Positions 20,057-29,244 are shown, counted from the stretch's first letter. The stretch: DNA of 32,000 bases from an uncultured archaeon (GCA_964577555.1 CAZNZM010000010.1:1-32000), one strand, 5' to 3'. Program-made: numbers and translations. The notes: generated by a model not told the origin, from the sequence alone.

Positions 20057-20518
20057 TTATTTTTTTCTTCGGTATTGTTTTTTTATTTTTCCAGACAATT
20101 TGCGTGATTTATTTTGCTTTTTTATGACATTTTTTTCTTTTCTTTTTTTGCTTGTTTTTTTGCCTTTATTTTTTTCACTCTTTCCAACAACCCTGTTTTT
20201 CGGTTTTTTCCACGCTTCAAGCGCAGCATCAATTTTTTTTCTTTGTTCGTTTCTTCTTTTTTCTCTTTCATCAAGCTTTGCGATCAACGAATTATATTTT
20301 CTGTGAACTTCTTCGCTGTGTTTTAATGCATTTTTTAAAGAAAGCTCCAAATGCCTTTCTTCCCTCTCTTTATGCAAACCATGAAAAACCCTGTGTAAAA
20401 AACCCAAAGCAACAGAATTATCCGCTTTTGTCTTTCTATATTTGGCTCTTTCTGAATGATGTTTGCTTAAACTTAAATATTTCCTAAATTTAATATAATG
20501 CTTTTCGTGTTTTTCCAT
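20057..20518 (-). CDS. Highly basic small protein with Lys-rich tail, function unknown
   Basis: 153 aa; helical charged N-terminus (NALKHSEEVHRKYNSLIAKLDEREKRR) and K-rich C-terminus. Confidence 0.55.
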   Translation of the reverse strand: MEKHEKHYIKFRKYLSLSKHHSERAKYRKTKADNSVALGFLHRVFHGLHKEREERHLELSLKNALKHSEEVHRKYNSLIAKLDEREKRRNEQRKKIDAALEAWKKPKNRVVGKSEKNKGKKTSKKRKEKNVIKKQNKSRKLSGKIKKQYRRKK

Positions 20519-20547
20519 ATGTGTATAAGCAATACATTTAGTGTTAT

Positions 20548-21558
20548 TTAATTCTTTTCAACTTTGTTTTTAAGGCTTTTTTGCACAGCTTCAATTATAA
20601 ATTTTATGATGGCGGCATAAACCCCTGCAATATTTGCGGCAATAACATTAAAGTAAATTGCAAGAGTGGTTGCCACGCCAAAAGCAACCAGAACAGAATA
20701 AAAATTAGTTATAAGCTCTATTTCTTTTGACGATTTTTTAATAGTGTCATAATTTATTTTTTGTCTGATTTCATTATTGCTTTTACTCAATTCTTCCGCA
20801 ATTTTTTTCTTTGTTTCAGGATTGTCAATTGAAGAGGCAGTGGCATCAATCATTGCAACGAAAGCCTTTACATCAGGATCATTTTTTTGTCTTAGATTAT
20901 TGAACTGTTCTGTATTCATTATTCCAACCATCAACATTCTCTGTATGTTTAACGCTTGATCAGCTCCCGCTAAAGCCAAGTCTTTTGAGCCAAGCATGTT
21001 CGAAGCTGTTTTTTCAACAAGCCCGTCAAATAATTCTTTTGTATATTTTTCATTGTTAGGAAAACCAATCAATGTTAATATTAGAAAAATCCCTATTGTA
21101 AATACTAAAAATCCTTTTTTTGCTGATTCGGTTCCAGTTCTAAAACCAATTAAGTTTTTTATTTCGGATTTTCTAAAATAACTATAACCACCAGTAATTG
21201 CAATTGCGGGGATGATCAGAAAGGACAAAAAAACGGATTTTAATTCAATTCCAAACAATAATAAGTAAACCAGCCAACCAATAAATGCCCCTAAACAGGC
21301 GCCTACAAGCACGTCTATTTTGTCTTGGCTGTGGCTTAATCCTGAAACAAGTCCAAACGTGATTGGCATGAAGAAAGTAAATGCAATTATCCAAGGAGAT
21401 AAAACTGTTTCAGGCAGTTTTTCCAAAGACTTGAAGCTCAACCAGTCTATTTCCATTACCCCTGAAAAACTCAAAAAAATAGACCATATTATAATTGAAA
21501 ATGAAATTGCTCCAGTAAAGATTAATATTTTTTTAATATCAGCCATGATTTCACTCAA
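20548..21558 (-). CDS. Polytopic membrane protein, unknown function
   Basis: 336 aa with several hydrophobic helices (IIAFTFFMPITFGLVSG, DVLVGACLGAFIGWLVYLLLFG, FLSFLIIPAIAITGGY, GFLVFTIGIFLILTLIG) and a membrane-anchored C-terminus. Confidence 0.65.
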   Translation of the reverse strand: MSEIMADIKKILIFTGAISFSIIIWSIFLSFSGVMEIDWLSFKSLEKLPETVLSPWIIAFTFFMPITFGLVSGLSHSQDKIDVLVGACLGAFIGWLVYLLLFGIELKSVFLSFLIIPAIAITGGYSYFRKSEIKNLIGFRTGTESAKKGFLVFTIGIFLILTLIGFPNNEKYTKELFDGLVEKTASNMLGSKDLALAGADQALNIQRMLMVGIMNTEQFNNLRQKNDPDVKAFVAMIDATASSIDNPETKKKIAEELSKSNNEIRQKINYDTIKKSSKEIELITNFYSVLVAFGVATTLAIYFNVIAANIAGVYAAIIKFIIEAVQKSLKNKVEKN

Positions 21559-21677
21559 AACAATGTCTGATATTTTATTTAAATTTTTTACCTTTAAATT
21601 AGGATTCTGGAACCAAGCTTTTTAGAGAGTTTTATAAATCTATGGAAAACCATATTATTAATCATATTTTGATTTGA

Positions 21678-21750
21678 GCCGAGGTAGCTCAGCAGGTGGA
21701 GCGTCCGGCTGTTAACCGGAAGGTCGGTGGTTCAAATCCACCCTTCGGCG
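21678..21750 (+). tRNA. tRNA-Asn (anticodon GTT)
   Basis: GCCGAGGTAGCTCAGCAGGTGGAGCGTCCGGCTGTTAACCGGAAGGTCGGTGGTTCAAATCCACCCTTCGGCG folds as a cloverleaf; loop CTGTTAA; followed by a T-run. Confidence 0.97.
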
Positions 21751-21759
21751 CTTTTTTAT

Positions 21760-22506
21760 TTGTTTCTGAATCCAATTTTTTTGTCTTTTGGCTTGGTTAT
21801 TCTTGGAGCCTGTTTATTTTATTTTTTTTTTGATTTTTTTGTTTTTTTTGTTTTTTTTGTCAAGTTGTTTTTTTTTATTTTTTTTATTTTGGTTTTGTTT
21901 TTTTTGTGAGCCATTTTTTTTGTGGTTTTTTTTGGTTTTTTTTGTGGGATGATTTTTTTTGTCATTATTTTTTTTTGTTTTTTTTGTGAGCCAATTTTGT
22001 TTTTTTTTGTTTTTTTTGTCAAGTTGTTTTTTTTTAGACTTTTTTTTTATTTTTTTTTAATTATTTTTTTTAAATTGATTTTGTTTTTTTTTGTTTTATT
22101 TTATCATTTTTTTTGAATTATTTTTTTTCTTGGTTTTTTTGTTTTTTTTGGTATTGCTAGCCATTTTTTTGTCATTATTTTTTGTGAGCCATTTTTTGTT
22201 ATTTTTTTTGTGATTTTATTTTTTTTATTTAAATTGTTTTGTCTTTTTTTGTGGCTTGTTTTTTTGATTTTTGTTTTTTTTGGCGAGCCGTTTTTTTTGT
22301 GGGGCAATTTTTTTTGTTATTTTTTTTGTGGACTTGTTTTATTTTTTTGTTTTTGTTGGCTTGTTTTTTTGGAGAATTTTTTTGGCAAGCCGTTTCGGAC
22401 TTATTTTTTTTGCTTTGTTTTTTGCTTGTATTTTTTTCAGCATTTTTTTGAATTTGTTTGTTTTTCATTTTTTTGTTTGGCCTTTTTTTATGGTTATTTT
22501 TTAATT
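21760..22506. repeat. T-rich low-complexity tract (copy 4)
   Basis: T-runs with 'gtgagccattttttttgtggtttt', 'gtgagccaattttg', 'gctagccattttttttgtcatt', 'ggcgagccgttttttt'. Confidence 0.85.
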
Positions 22507-23337
22507 TTATAAGGTGTCAGAATGCAGTTTTTGTTCTTTGGCTGGCTGCTTATCTGCTTGATGACTTTTGTGTTCTTTTATTTTTTTAAGAGTCTCATAA
22601 TATGCGCCTATAACGTCTTTGAGTTCCATTCTTCTTTTCAAGCCCAGCCTATGAACTTCTTGAAAATACACTGTTACGAGTCTTATTGCAACTTCTTCAT
22701 CGCTTAGGTTCATCCAGTTTTCCTCCATCATTTTTTTACTAATCATACTTTCTAATTTGTTTTTTTCATTATTTTCTGCTTCGTTTGTTTGTTCAGTTTT
22801 TTTTGTTTCAGGTTCACTAATAATTTCTTCCGTGTCTTTTTCTTCTATTTTGATTGGGATTTTTTTTATTATTGTTCTGGTTTTTACTACTGGGACTTTT
22901 TTTACGATTGTTTTCGTTTTTATAACTGGGACTTTTTTTATTATTGTTCTCACGATTGTTTTTGGTTTAGCTTTCACTTTTTTTATGATTGGCTTGCCTT
23001 TTTTGTATGAAGTCCACAATCTTACTGCTTGTTTGAATGTTTTGCCAGCAATTAATTGCCTTTTCATGAATAAGTTGTACTCTGAAAGTTGCTTCTTTGA
23101 TTTTTTCTTTGAAAGCTTTTCCAGATTTTCTTTTAATTTTTCCATTTCTTTTTTAAGAGAAGCCGTTTTTGCAGTAACAGACTTGACTTTTTTTTCAGCC
23201 TTCTTTTTGACAGCAAAAATTGATTTTTTAAGAGCTTTTGCCTTTTTGCTTTCAGATTTAAGGGTTTTTTTAAGTTTTTTTAATTCTTTTCTGACTTTTT
23301 TTCCAGGGTTTTTTGATTTAGAAACCATTGTTTTCAC
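22507..23337 (-). CDS. Lys-rich coiled-coil protein with short tandem peptide repeat, unknown function
   Basis: 276 aa; coiled-coil N-terminal half, tandem 'RTIIKKVPVIKT / KTIVKKVPVVKT / RTIIKKIPIKIE', conserved-looking patch 'EENWMNLSDEEVAIRLVTVYFQEVHRLGLKRRMELKDVIGAYYETLKKI'. Confidence 0.65.
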   Translation of the reverse strand: MKTMVSKSKNPGKKVRKELKKLKKTLKSESKKAKALKKSIFAVKKKAEKKVKSVTAKTASLKKEMEKLKENLEKLSKKKSKKQLSEYNLFMKRQLIAGKTFKQAVRLWTSYKKGKPIIKKVKAKPKTIVRTIIKKVPVIKTKTIVKKVPVVKTRTIIKKIPIKIEEKDTEEIISEPETKKTEQTNEAENNEKNKLESMISKKMMEENWMNLSDEEVAIRLVTVYFQEVHRLGLKRRMELKDVIGAYYETLKKIKEHKSHQADKQPAKEQKLHSDTL

Positions 23338-23406
23338 TTAATAACTATTGTTGGTTAAAGTATTTAAATGTGTTGTAAACCTTGTATTTTTATTTTTTCT
23401 TATTTT

Positions 23407-23712
23407 TTAGACCAAACCTTTGAACATTTTGAAGAATTTTTGTTTGGTGACTTTTAATTCTTTTTGTCCTTTATTGGTTAAGCTGTAAATAATCATTTTG
23501 CCTTGCATAGTCTCCTTTATAAGCCCAGCTTCATAAAGGCTTTTCAATGCAGGGTATATTGTGCCAGGGCTTGGAAGTGAGCCTTTTCTTTCAGCAAGTT
23601 CTTTTGCAATTTTTTGCCCATGCATTGGTTTTTTGGAAACAATATAAAGAATCAAAAAAGACAACAAGCCTCTCATGTCACAACAACAATTATTTTTATC
23701 TTTGCATTTCAT
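23407..23712 (-). CDS. PadR-family transcriptional regulator
   Basis: 101 aa; 'RGLLSFLILYIVSKKPMHGQKIAKELAERKGSLPSPGTIYPALKSLYEAGLIKE' is a typical PadR winged helix. Confidence 0.93.
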   Translation of the reverse strand: MKCKDKNNCCCDMRGLLSFLILYIVSKKPMHGQKIAKELAERKGSLPSPGTIYPALKSLYEAGLIKETMQGKMIIYSLTNKGQKELKVTKQKFFKMFKGLV

Positions 23713-23726
23713 AAAATTATATTGGT

Positions 23727-23778
23727 TATACGATAATATTTTAATAAATTTACATAATTTTAATATCGTATATACGAT
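23727..23778. promoter_or_regulatory. Putative PadR operator(s) in divergent intergenic region
   Basis: Perfect 14-bp palindrome ATCGTATATACGAT (23765-23778) and a second TATACGAT half-site at 23727-23734. Confidence 0.6.
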
Positions 23779-23802
23779 TTATTTTTTTGATTGGTGATTC
23801 TC

Positions 23803-24414
23803 ATGGATTTTAAAGAAATAGTGCTGAAAAGATACGCAACAAAAAGTTTTGATGGAAGAATAATTCCTGAAGAAAAATTCAAGGAGTTGGAAGAAATCAT
23901 AAGATATTCGGCTTCTTCATATAACCTTCAACCTTGGAAATTTGTTATTGTCAAGGATAAAGAAACAAAGGAAAAACTTTTGCCTTTTGCCTGGAATCAG
24001 CCGCAAATAACAACTTGCTCCCACTTAATCGTTATGTGTGCAGATACTGATCTTGAAAGCAAGGTAAAAAAACTTGAAGAAAAACTTGTTGAATCCGGAG
24101 TTCCAAAAGAAAAAATAGACAGCCTTATAGAAATGATCTCAGGTTTTGTAAAAAGCATGTCTAAATCACAAAGGTTGGTTTGGGCTCAAAAACAAGTTTA
24201 TATAGCGTTATCAAATGCAATTAATGGTGCAAAAGAGCTTGGCTTTGATTCGTGTCCAATGGAAGGTTTTATTCCCAAGGATTTTGCCAAGATACTTAAA
24301 TTGCCAAAGCACATAGTCCCAACTGTTGTTGTGCCAGTTGGTTATGCAAACGATACGCCAAGGCCGAAAACAAGATTTTCCAGAGACGAAGTTTTTCAAG
24401 ATTACAAATCTTAG
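23803..24414 (+). CDS. Nitroreductase-family FMN oxidoreductase
   Basis: 'DFKEIVLKRYATKSFDGR', 'SASSYNLQPWKFVIV', 'AINGAKELGFDSCPMEGF', 'VPVGYAN'; likely ATG start at 23803 rather than the TTG at 23791. Confidence 0.93.
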   Translation: MDFKEIVLKRYATKSFDGRIIPEEKFKELEEIIRYSASSYNLQPWKFVIVKDKETKEKLLPFAWNQPQITTCSHLIVMCADTDLESKVKKLEEKLVESGVPKEKIDSLIEMISGFVKSMSKSQRLVWAQKQVYIALSNAINGAKELGFDSCPMEGFIPKDFAKILKLPKHIVPTVVVPVGYANDTPRPKTRFSRDEVFQDYKS

Positions 24415-24505
24415 TTTTTTTAAATAGGTATTCAACCAGTTTGTTGATAATTTTTAAACGTTCAAAATATTAATTTTCAAAATCAAATAATATTTTGGGG
24501 GTTTT

Positions 24506-25012
24506 TTGGATAGAGATATAGATATAATTTACAATTTATATCGCTGCCTTATACCTGAATTTACCAAGAGTCATGCTTTAATTTATCGCTTGCTTTGGCG
24601 GATTGAACCTTTAAGCGGTGATAAAATTTCAAAGGAAACAGGCATTTGCAGGGCAAAAACTTTTGCAATTCTCAAGCAATTAGTGATTCTCGGTTTGGTG
24701 AAAAAAACAAGTTTCAAGCCGATTGGTTACTTTGCAAGAGACCCTGTAGGTGCCTATTCTTCTTTGCTAAAAAAAGTCTTGCCTAAACTTGAAGCAGGAA
24801 AAACAAAGATCAAAGAACTTGTACAGAATTCTTCCAGCCTTAGCGGAGAAGTTTATTTAATAAAACTTGATGGCGGGCAACAAACAATAATAAGTAAAGA
24901 AACCCGTGAATCTATCACTGATAGAAAAGCTTTGGAAGAAATCAGGGCTGCTATTGATAGAAAAATATTTGGCTCAAACCCGCGCGAAAAGAAATGGGTT
25001 ATTTACAGGTAA
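24506..25012 (+). CDS. TrmB-like winged-HTH regulator
   Basis: 168 aa; 'GDKISKETGICRAKTFAILKQLVILGLVKKTSFKPIGYFARDP'. Apparent TTG start; exact start uncertain. Confidence 0.6.
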   Translation: MDRDIDIIYNLYRCLIPEFTKSHALIYRLLWRIEPLSGDKISKETGICRAKTFAILKQLVILGLVKKTSFKPIGYFARDPVGAYSSLLKKVLPKLEAGKTKIKELVQNSSSLSGEVYLIKLDGGQQTIISKETRESITDRKALEEIRAAIDRKIFGSNPREKKWVIYR

Positions 25013-25181
25013 TCTTGATTTTTTTTGTTTAGCCGAGTTTTTTTGAATCATTTTTGTTTCTTCCGCGTGTTTTTTTTACATGTTTTTGTGATTGTTTTTT
25101 TGTAAGTTGTTTTCTTATTTTGTAATTTGCGAGCCAAGTTTTTTGGACACTTATTTTTTTATTAGTTATAATAATTTTTTT

Positions 25182-26882
25182 TCAGCTTGGCTTCGTATTT
25201 ACTAAGTTAAGTTCTTTTTCCGAGGCTATTACATTTAATGGAATATGGTCATTCATTGCGATGAGTATTCCTTCTCCTGGTTGGGCATTGAGCAGAATGT
25301 TTTGTTCCGAAGGATTGAGCATAAATTTTTCAGCTATTTGGTCAATTGCCCCGGCTTCTTGGCGTCCGAAAAATTTCCACGCGGTGTTTGAGATTATTGT
25401 ATTTCCTGCATTTGTTGATAAAAGGTCTTGCGCTTCTTGTGTTATAATAATTATTCCCATATTGAATTTTCTTGAAGTTTTTACTAGTTCAAAAATGCGA
25501 TTTGCATGTTCCGCATATTTTAGCAAAGACCATGCTTCGTCAACAACAAGAATTTTTTTTCCTTTTTCAGAGCGCATTTTTCCATGGATATACTCCATAA
25601 TGAGAAACATTATTGCTGGTTTAAGCGCTTCGGGCATTTCAGATATGTTAAAACAGACTATTTTTTTATCAGAGAATTGTGCAGTGTGTTTGTCCATAAA
25701 AGAAAAAGAGCCATTGACAAAAATATTAAGCCTGCTTTCAAGTATTGAAAACGTACGTTTTTCATATTTTGCGGCTTTCTTCAATTCTTTTGATATTTCA
25801 AAAAATAGATCGCTTATTAAAGGCGGTTGTCTTTTCCAACTTTCAGGGTTATTGTGAAAAATTCCTTTGTCACTATAAATTTTTTGTATGGCTTTGTCGA
25901 GAATTGATTTTTGTTCTTCGTTCAAATTTCCTAAAAGTATTCCGAAAAAATCTATTAATGAAAGAACCTTTTCGCCAAAGTCGATTCCGGCCATATCAAA
26001 AGGATTTATTGCCTTTCCGCTTTTTGCACTTATTTCAACTACTTCCCCACCATATTTTGAAGTCAGTGCAGAGTATTCGCCTTGCGGATCAATTATTATT
26101 ACTTTGATTCCGATAAATTGGCTTCTTAATATTAAAAGCTTTGCCAATACGCTTTTTCCCCCTCCTGAAGTTCCAAGAATAAGTCCATTATAATTGGCTA
26201 AACTGAATGGGTTTATTATTATGGGAATTTTATTAATCGAGTTTGAGCCGAATAAAATGCCTTCCTCGTCAATATTCAAAAAAGAAGTCGTAAAAGGAAA
26301 GCAGGCAGCCAATGCTGAAGAAGTTATATTTCTGTTGATTTTTAGCAAATCTTTTTGTATTGGAAGGCACGATTTTACAGCTTCATACATTCTCATAAAC
26401 GGTATTTTTGGCACTATCATTATTGAATTCATTTCAGCGCATACTTTTTTTGATGCTATTTCAAGCGATTCCTTGTCATTCGCACGACAATTTACATATA
26501 ATGACATGTTGAACAGTTTTTCCTCGCCTTTTTGCAGCATTTCCAAAACATTCATTGTATCTGCACGCTGTATTCTAAGAGAAGGGTTTACAATTCCTTT
26601 TATTTCAGCAGCGGCAAGATCCGATTCTTGTTTCACAAGTTCTGCATTCAGGCTTGTAAGAACCGAATCAATTTCCATTGGCGCACAATGAATGCTTATG
26701 TCGAAATTGCCTTCACTTGAAACTATTGTATCAAGCCAGCCTTCTTTTATTTCTCTCGGATAACCTACTGCCATGACCGGTCTGTTAAATTCATTTCCTA
26801 AAACCATCCAACCAGGTTCGTTTTTTAGATATGAATGTGTAAAAAGACTTTTTATGTTCTCCATATAAATCACTGATTGCAT
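25182..26882 (-). CDS. VirB4/TraC-like type IV secretion system ATPase
   Basis: 566 aa; Walker A 'GTSGGGKSVLAKLLILRSQFIGIKVIIIDPQGEYSAL', Walker B 'KILVVDEAWSLLKYAEHANRIFELVKTSRKFNMGIIIITQEAQDLL', 'NTAWKFFGRQE'. Confidence 0.92.
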   Translation of the reverse strand: MQSVIYMENIKSLFTHSYLKNEPGWMVLGNEFNRPVMAVGYPREIKEGWLDTIVSSEGNFDISIHCAPMEIDSVLTSLNAELVKQESDLAAAEIKGIVNPSLRIQRADTMNVLEMLQKGEEKLFNMSLYVNCRANDKESLEIASKKVCAEMNSIMIVPKIPFMRMYEAVKSCLPIQKDLLKINRNITSSALAACFPFTTSFLNIDEEGILFGSNSINKIPIIINPFSLANYNGLILGTSGGGKSVLAKLLILRSQFIGIKVIIIDPQGEYSALTSKYGGEVVEISAKSGKAINPFDMAGIDFGEKVLSLIDFFGILLGNLNEEQKSILDKAIQKIYSDKGIFHNNPESWKRQPPLISDLFFEISKELKKAAKYEKRTFSILESRLNIFVNGSFSFMDKHTAQFSDKKIVCFNISEMPEALKPAIMFLIMEYIHGKMRSEKGKKILVVDEAWSLLKYAEHANRIFELVKTSRKFNMGIIIITQEAQDLLSTNAGNTIISNTAWKFFGRQEAGAIDQIAEKFMLNPSEQNILLNAQPGEGILIAMNDHIPLNVIASEKELNLVNTKPS

Positions 26883-26890
26883 CCAATTTT

Positions 26891-27733
26891 TTATGATTTT
26901 AAAGATGAGGAAAGAAAAGTAATTTTTCTCGGCTTTTCGAATTTTGAATTTAAATTGTTTCCGGCAATTGCAAGAAAAAGTTTGGCAATTTCGTTTTCGT
27001 CAAGTCTTTTGGCACTTAAACCGCCTTTTTTGAGTTTTGTGATGCAAAGAGAACTTCTTGCTTCCAGCAAACTTTCATCAAGGCTATTCTCCGTTGGATT
27101 GTCTTCTCCAACCACTATGAAAAAACGCCTATTTCTGACTGAATTTTTCCTATTGTAATTTTCGATAAAATTTCTAAATTCAAAAAAATAATCTGAGATT
27201 TTCTTATTTCCTTGCAAAGATGCGCATTTTGATGTTTTTTCAAGGTATTCAAAAAGCGATAATTCAGTTGTTCTGACAAATATTTGTATTGGAAAGTCAA
27301 GGGAGTTAAGAAAGTCTCTATAAGCAACTATCACTGATTCTTGTTGCTTTTGTGAAAGTATTTTGAAATTTATTGGAAAAACTTCTATAATTGCTTTTTT
27401 TGAACCATCATCCAAAATTAATTTGTTGTCTTCTATTTTTTTTATTCCCGTAAATTTTTCAGATTCTTTGTCAAAAAAACCTGATTCTTTTTTTGATAAA
27501 ACAAATGACAGGAAATTAATGGAGTGTCTTGAAAAATCCAAAAACGCAAATCCGAATCCAGCAAAAGCAAGCAATATGAGCGCAGTTATTTTGATTTCAA
27601 TGCTTAAATTTGTTTTAAGGAAAAAAATCAAGCCTATTAAAATAAAAATGCCTAACCAAAAGCATTGTCTTGCTGAAAGATTGAATATTATTTTTTCTTC
27701 ATATTTTAGGTTTTTTGGTATTTCATAAGGCAT
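26891..27733 (-). CDS. PrgI/VirB3-like membrane protein
   Basis: 280 aa; N-terminal 'YEIPKNLKYEEKIIFNLSARQCFWLGIFILIGLIFFL' then a second TM and soluble domain, as in PrgI-family proteins encoded beside VirB4 ATPases. Confidence 0.8.
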   Translation of the reverse strand: MPYEIPKNLKYEEKIIFNLSARQCFWLGIFILIGLIFFLKTNLSIEIKITALILLAFAGFGFAFLDFSRHSINFLSFVLSKKESGFFDKESEKFTGIKKIEDNKLILDDGSKKAIIEVFPINFKILSQKQQESVIVAYRDFLNSLDFPIQIFVRTTELSLFEYLEKTSKCASLQGNKKISDYFFEFRNFIENYNRKNSVRNRRFFIVVGEDNPTENSLDESLLEARSSLCITKLKKGGLSAKRLDENEIAKLFLAIAGNNLNSKFEKPRKITFLSSSLKS

Positions 27734-27742
27734 GTTTTAACC

Positions 27743-28759
27743 TCAAAATGTCTGCTTTTTTTGGATGTTTTGTCCAGCAAATTGCTTTGCAAAGCTTCCG
27801 TTGAATATTGGAGCAATAACCAAATTGCTTGCAATTTGAATTACCGGTCTGAAAAACGCAAATGCCATTGCCGCAACATTAAATACTCCTATTGTGAAAA
27901 ACGCAAATGCTGGCAAGTATTGTGATGCAGGTGTGTTTCCTAAACCTATAACCACGCCTGTTGCCGCAACGATTATTATTGAATCAAAAAATTGCAACAA
28001 AATGGCTACGCCCAATATTCCAAAAATGGCTTTTCCAAATTGTTTGAGCGGTGGTGTAAAATAACTGAAAATCCCTATTGGAAGTATTGCTGTTCCAACA
28101 AGCAAAATTATTTGCCTGAAAAAAAGTGTGAATCCTGCAAAACCCGCCGCAAAAATTAGAAATATTATTAATAAAGGGTTGCTGTTTTGCATTACTGGAA
28201 AAATAAGTTTTTCAGGATGATTTCCAAGAACATGAGATGCAGCCAAGGTTCCTATTTCTATTAATATTTTGTATAAATCAAATGATGCAGAAATAATAAT
28301 CATTGATATTATCACTCCTTTGATTAATTCTTTGGCTTCTGCTCTTTTGGCATGGTTTTCAAATGCAATTATAAAAAATAATCCTGCGACAGACAAATTC
28401 ATCAAGTAAAACAAGGAAATTAATGCTATTACCGAACTCCAAATGTTTCGCATTGGTTCAATGTCAGGCGGGGAAGCAAGCAACAAATAAAAAAGTTGAG
28501 TAAGAGGGGAACCAAATTCATTTAAAGAATTTTCAAAATAATTTTTGAACAAATCAAAGCCTTGTTGCGGGAGTTTTCCGGTAAAATCCTTGATTTGGTT
28601 GGTTGCACCGCTTATTGCATTTATAACTCCACTTATATCAATATTTATTAAGGGATTTACGATAATTGGGGTTTCATTTTTTGCAGAAAATGCTGATTGG
28701 GAGTTGAAGAGCAGGCATAAGAAAACAATTGGAAGAAAGAACCAAAAAAATTTATCCAT
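27743..28759 (-). CDS. TrbL/VirB6-like polytopic membrane protein
   Basis: 338 aa; signal sequence plus multiple TMs, 'FFRQIILLVGTAILPIGIFSYFTP', adjacent to VirB4/PrgI genes. Confidence 0.75.
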   Translation of the reverse strand: MDKFFWFFLPIVFLCLLFNSQSAFSAKNETPIIVNPLINIDISGVINAISGATNQIKDFTGKLPQQGFDLFKNYFENSLNEFGSPLTQLFYLLLASPPDIEPMRNIWSSVIALISLFYLMNLSVAGLFFIIAFENHAKRAEAKELIKGVIISMIIISASFDLYKILIEIGTLAASHVLGNHPEKLIFPVMQNSNPLLIIFLIFAAGFAGFTLFFRQIILLVGTAILPIGIFSYFTPPLKQFGKAIFGILGVAILLQFFDSIIIVAATGVVIGLGNTPASQYLPAFAFFTIGVFNVAAMAFAFFRPVIQIASNLVIAPIFNGSFAKQFAGQNIQKKQTF

Positions 28760-28777
28760 AGCCTGCCCTCCCGGGTT

Positions 28778-29077
28778 TCATGGGGATGTAAGATAATTTA
28801 CAACAAGTGGAGCCACCCAAACCAGTACAAGCCCTACAATAGCGTATGACACCATTGATTTTGCATTTTCCCTTGTTTGAATGTTATTGCCAGAAAACAT
28901 GTACATTGCTCCGGCGGCTGTTATCGCTATTACTCCAAGAACCGAAATTATTGCTTTCATCAAATCATAGATTTTTGTTATCGGCTCTTTGATTTTTTCC
29001 ATATCACTTGTTGTTTCAGCTAAGCAAAAACCTGAAAGCAATATAGTTGCAATAAGAATTGTTGTAATAGTTTTCAT
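28778..29077 (-). CDS. VirB2/TrbC-like small membrane protein (candidate pilin)
   Basis: 99 aa; signal peptide followed by two TM segments (ISVLGVIAITAAGAMYMFSG; MVSYAIVGLVLVWVAPLVVNYL); first gene of the VirB6/PrgI/VirB4 cluster. Confidence 0.75.
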   Translation of the reverse strand: MKTITTILIATILLSGFCLAETTSDMEKIKEPITKIYDLMKAIISVLGVIAITAAGAMYMFSGNNIQTRENAKSMVSYAIVGLVLVWVAPLVVNYLTSP

Positions 29078-29244
29078 ACAACACCTCCGAAGTTTGTTTA
29101 ATTCATCTTCCTTTTGTGTTGTATAAATACTTTTGGTTTTGCAAGTATAGATTTTTTGGAATTTGAATGAGTAATTTTAACTCGGCAAATCGGATTTTTG
29201 AAATTTATGTGTTTAGAATTATTGTATAAATCGTGCTGTTTTTT

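Noticed and set aside
19300-20127. Phe-rich plus-strand ORFs in the tract (19300-19539, 19861-20127)
   Set aside because: Poly-T reads as poly-Phe; the first also overlaps the SRP RNA 3' end. No coding signal.
25182-26882. Interpreting the VirB4-like ATPase as another HerA
   Set aside because: The adjacent PrgI-like and TrbL/VirB6-like genes and the 'GTSGGGKS...IIIDPQGEY' / 'VVDEAWSLL' motifs fit VirB4/TraC-type ATPases better.
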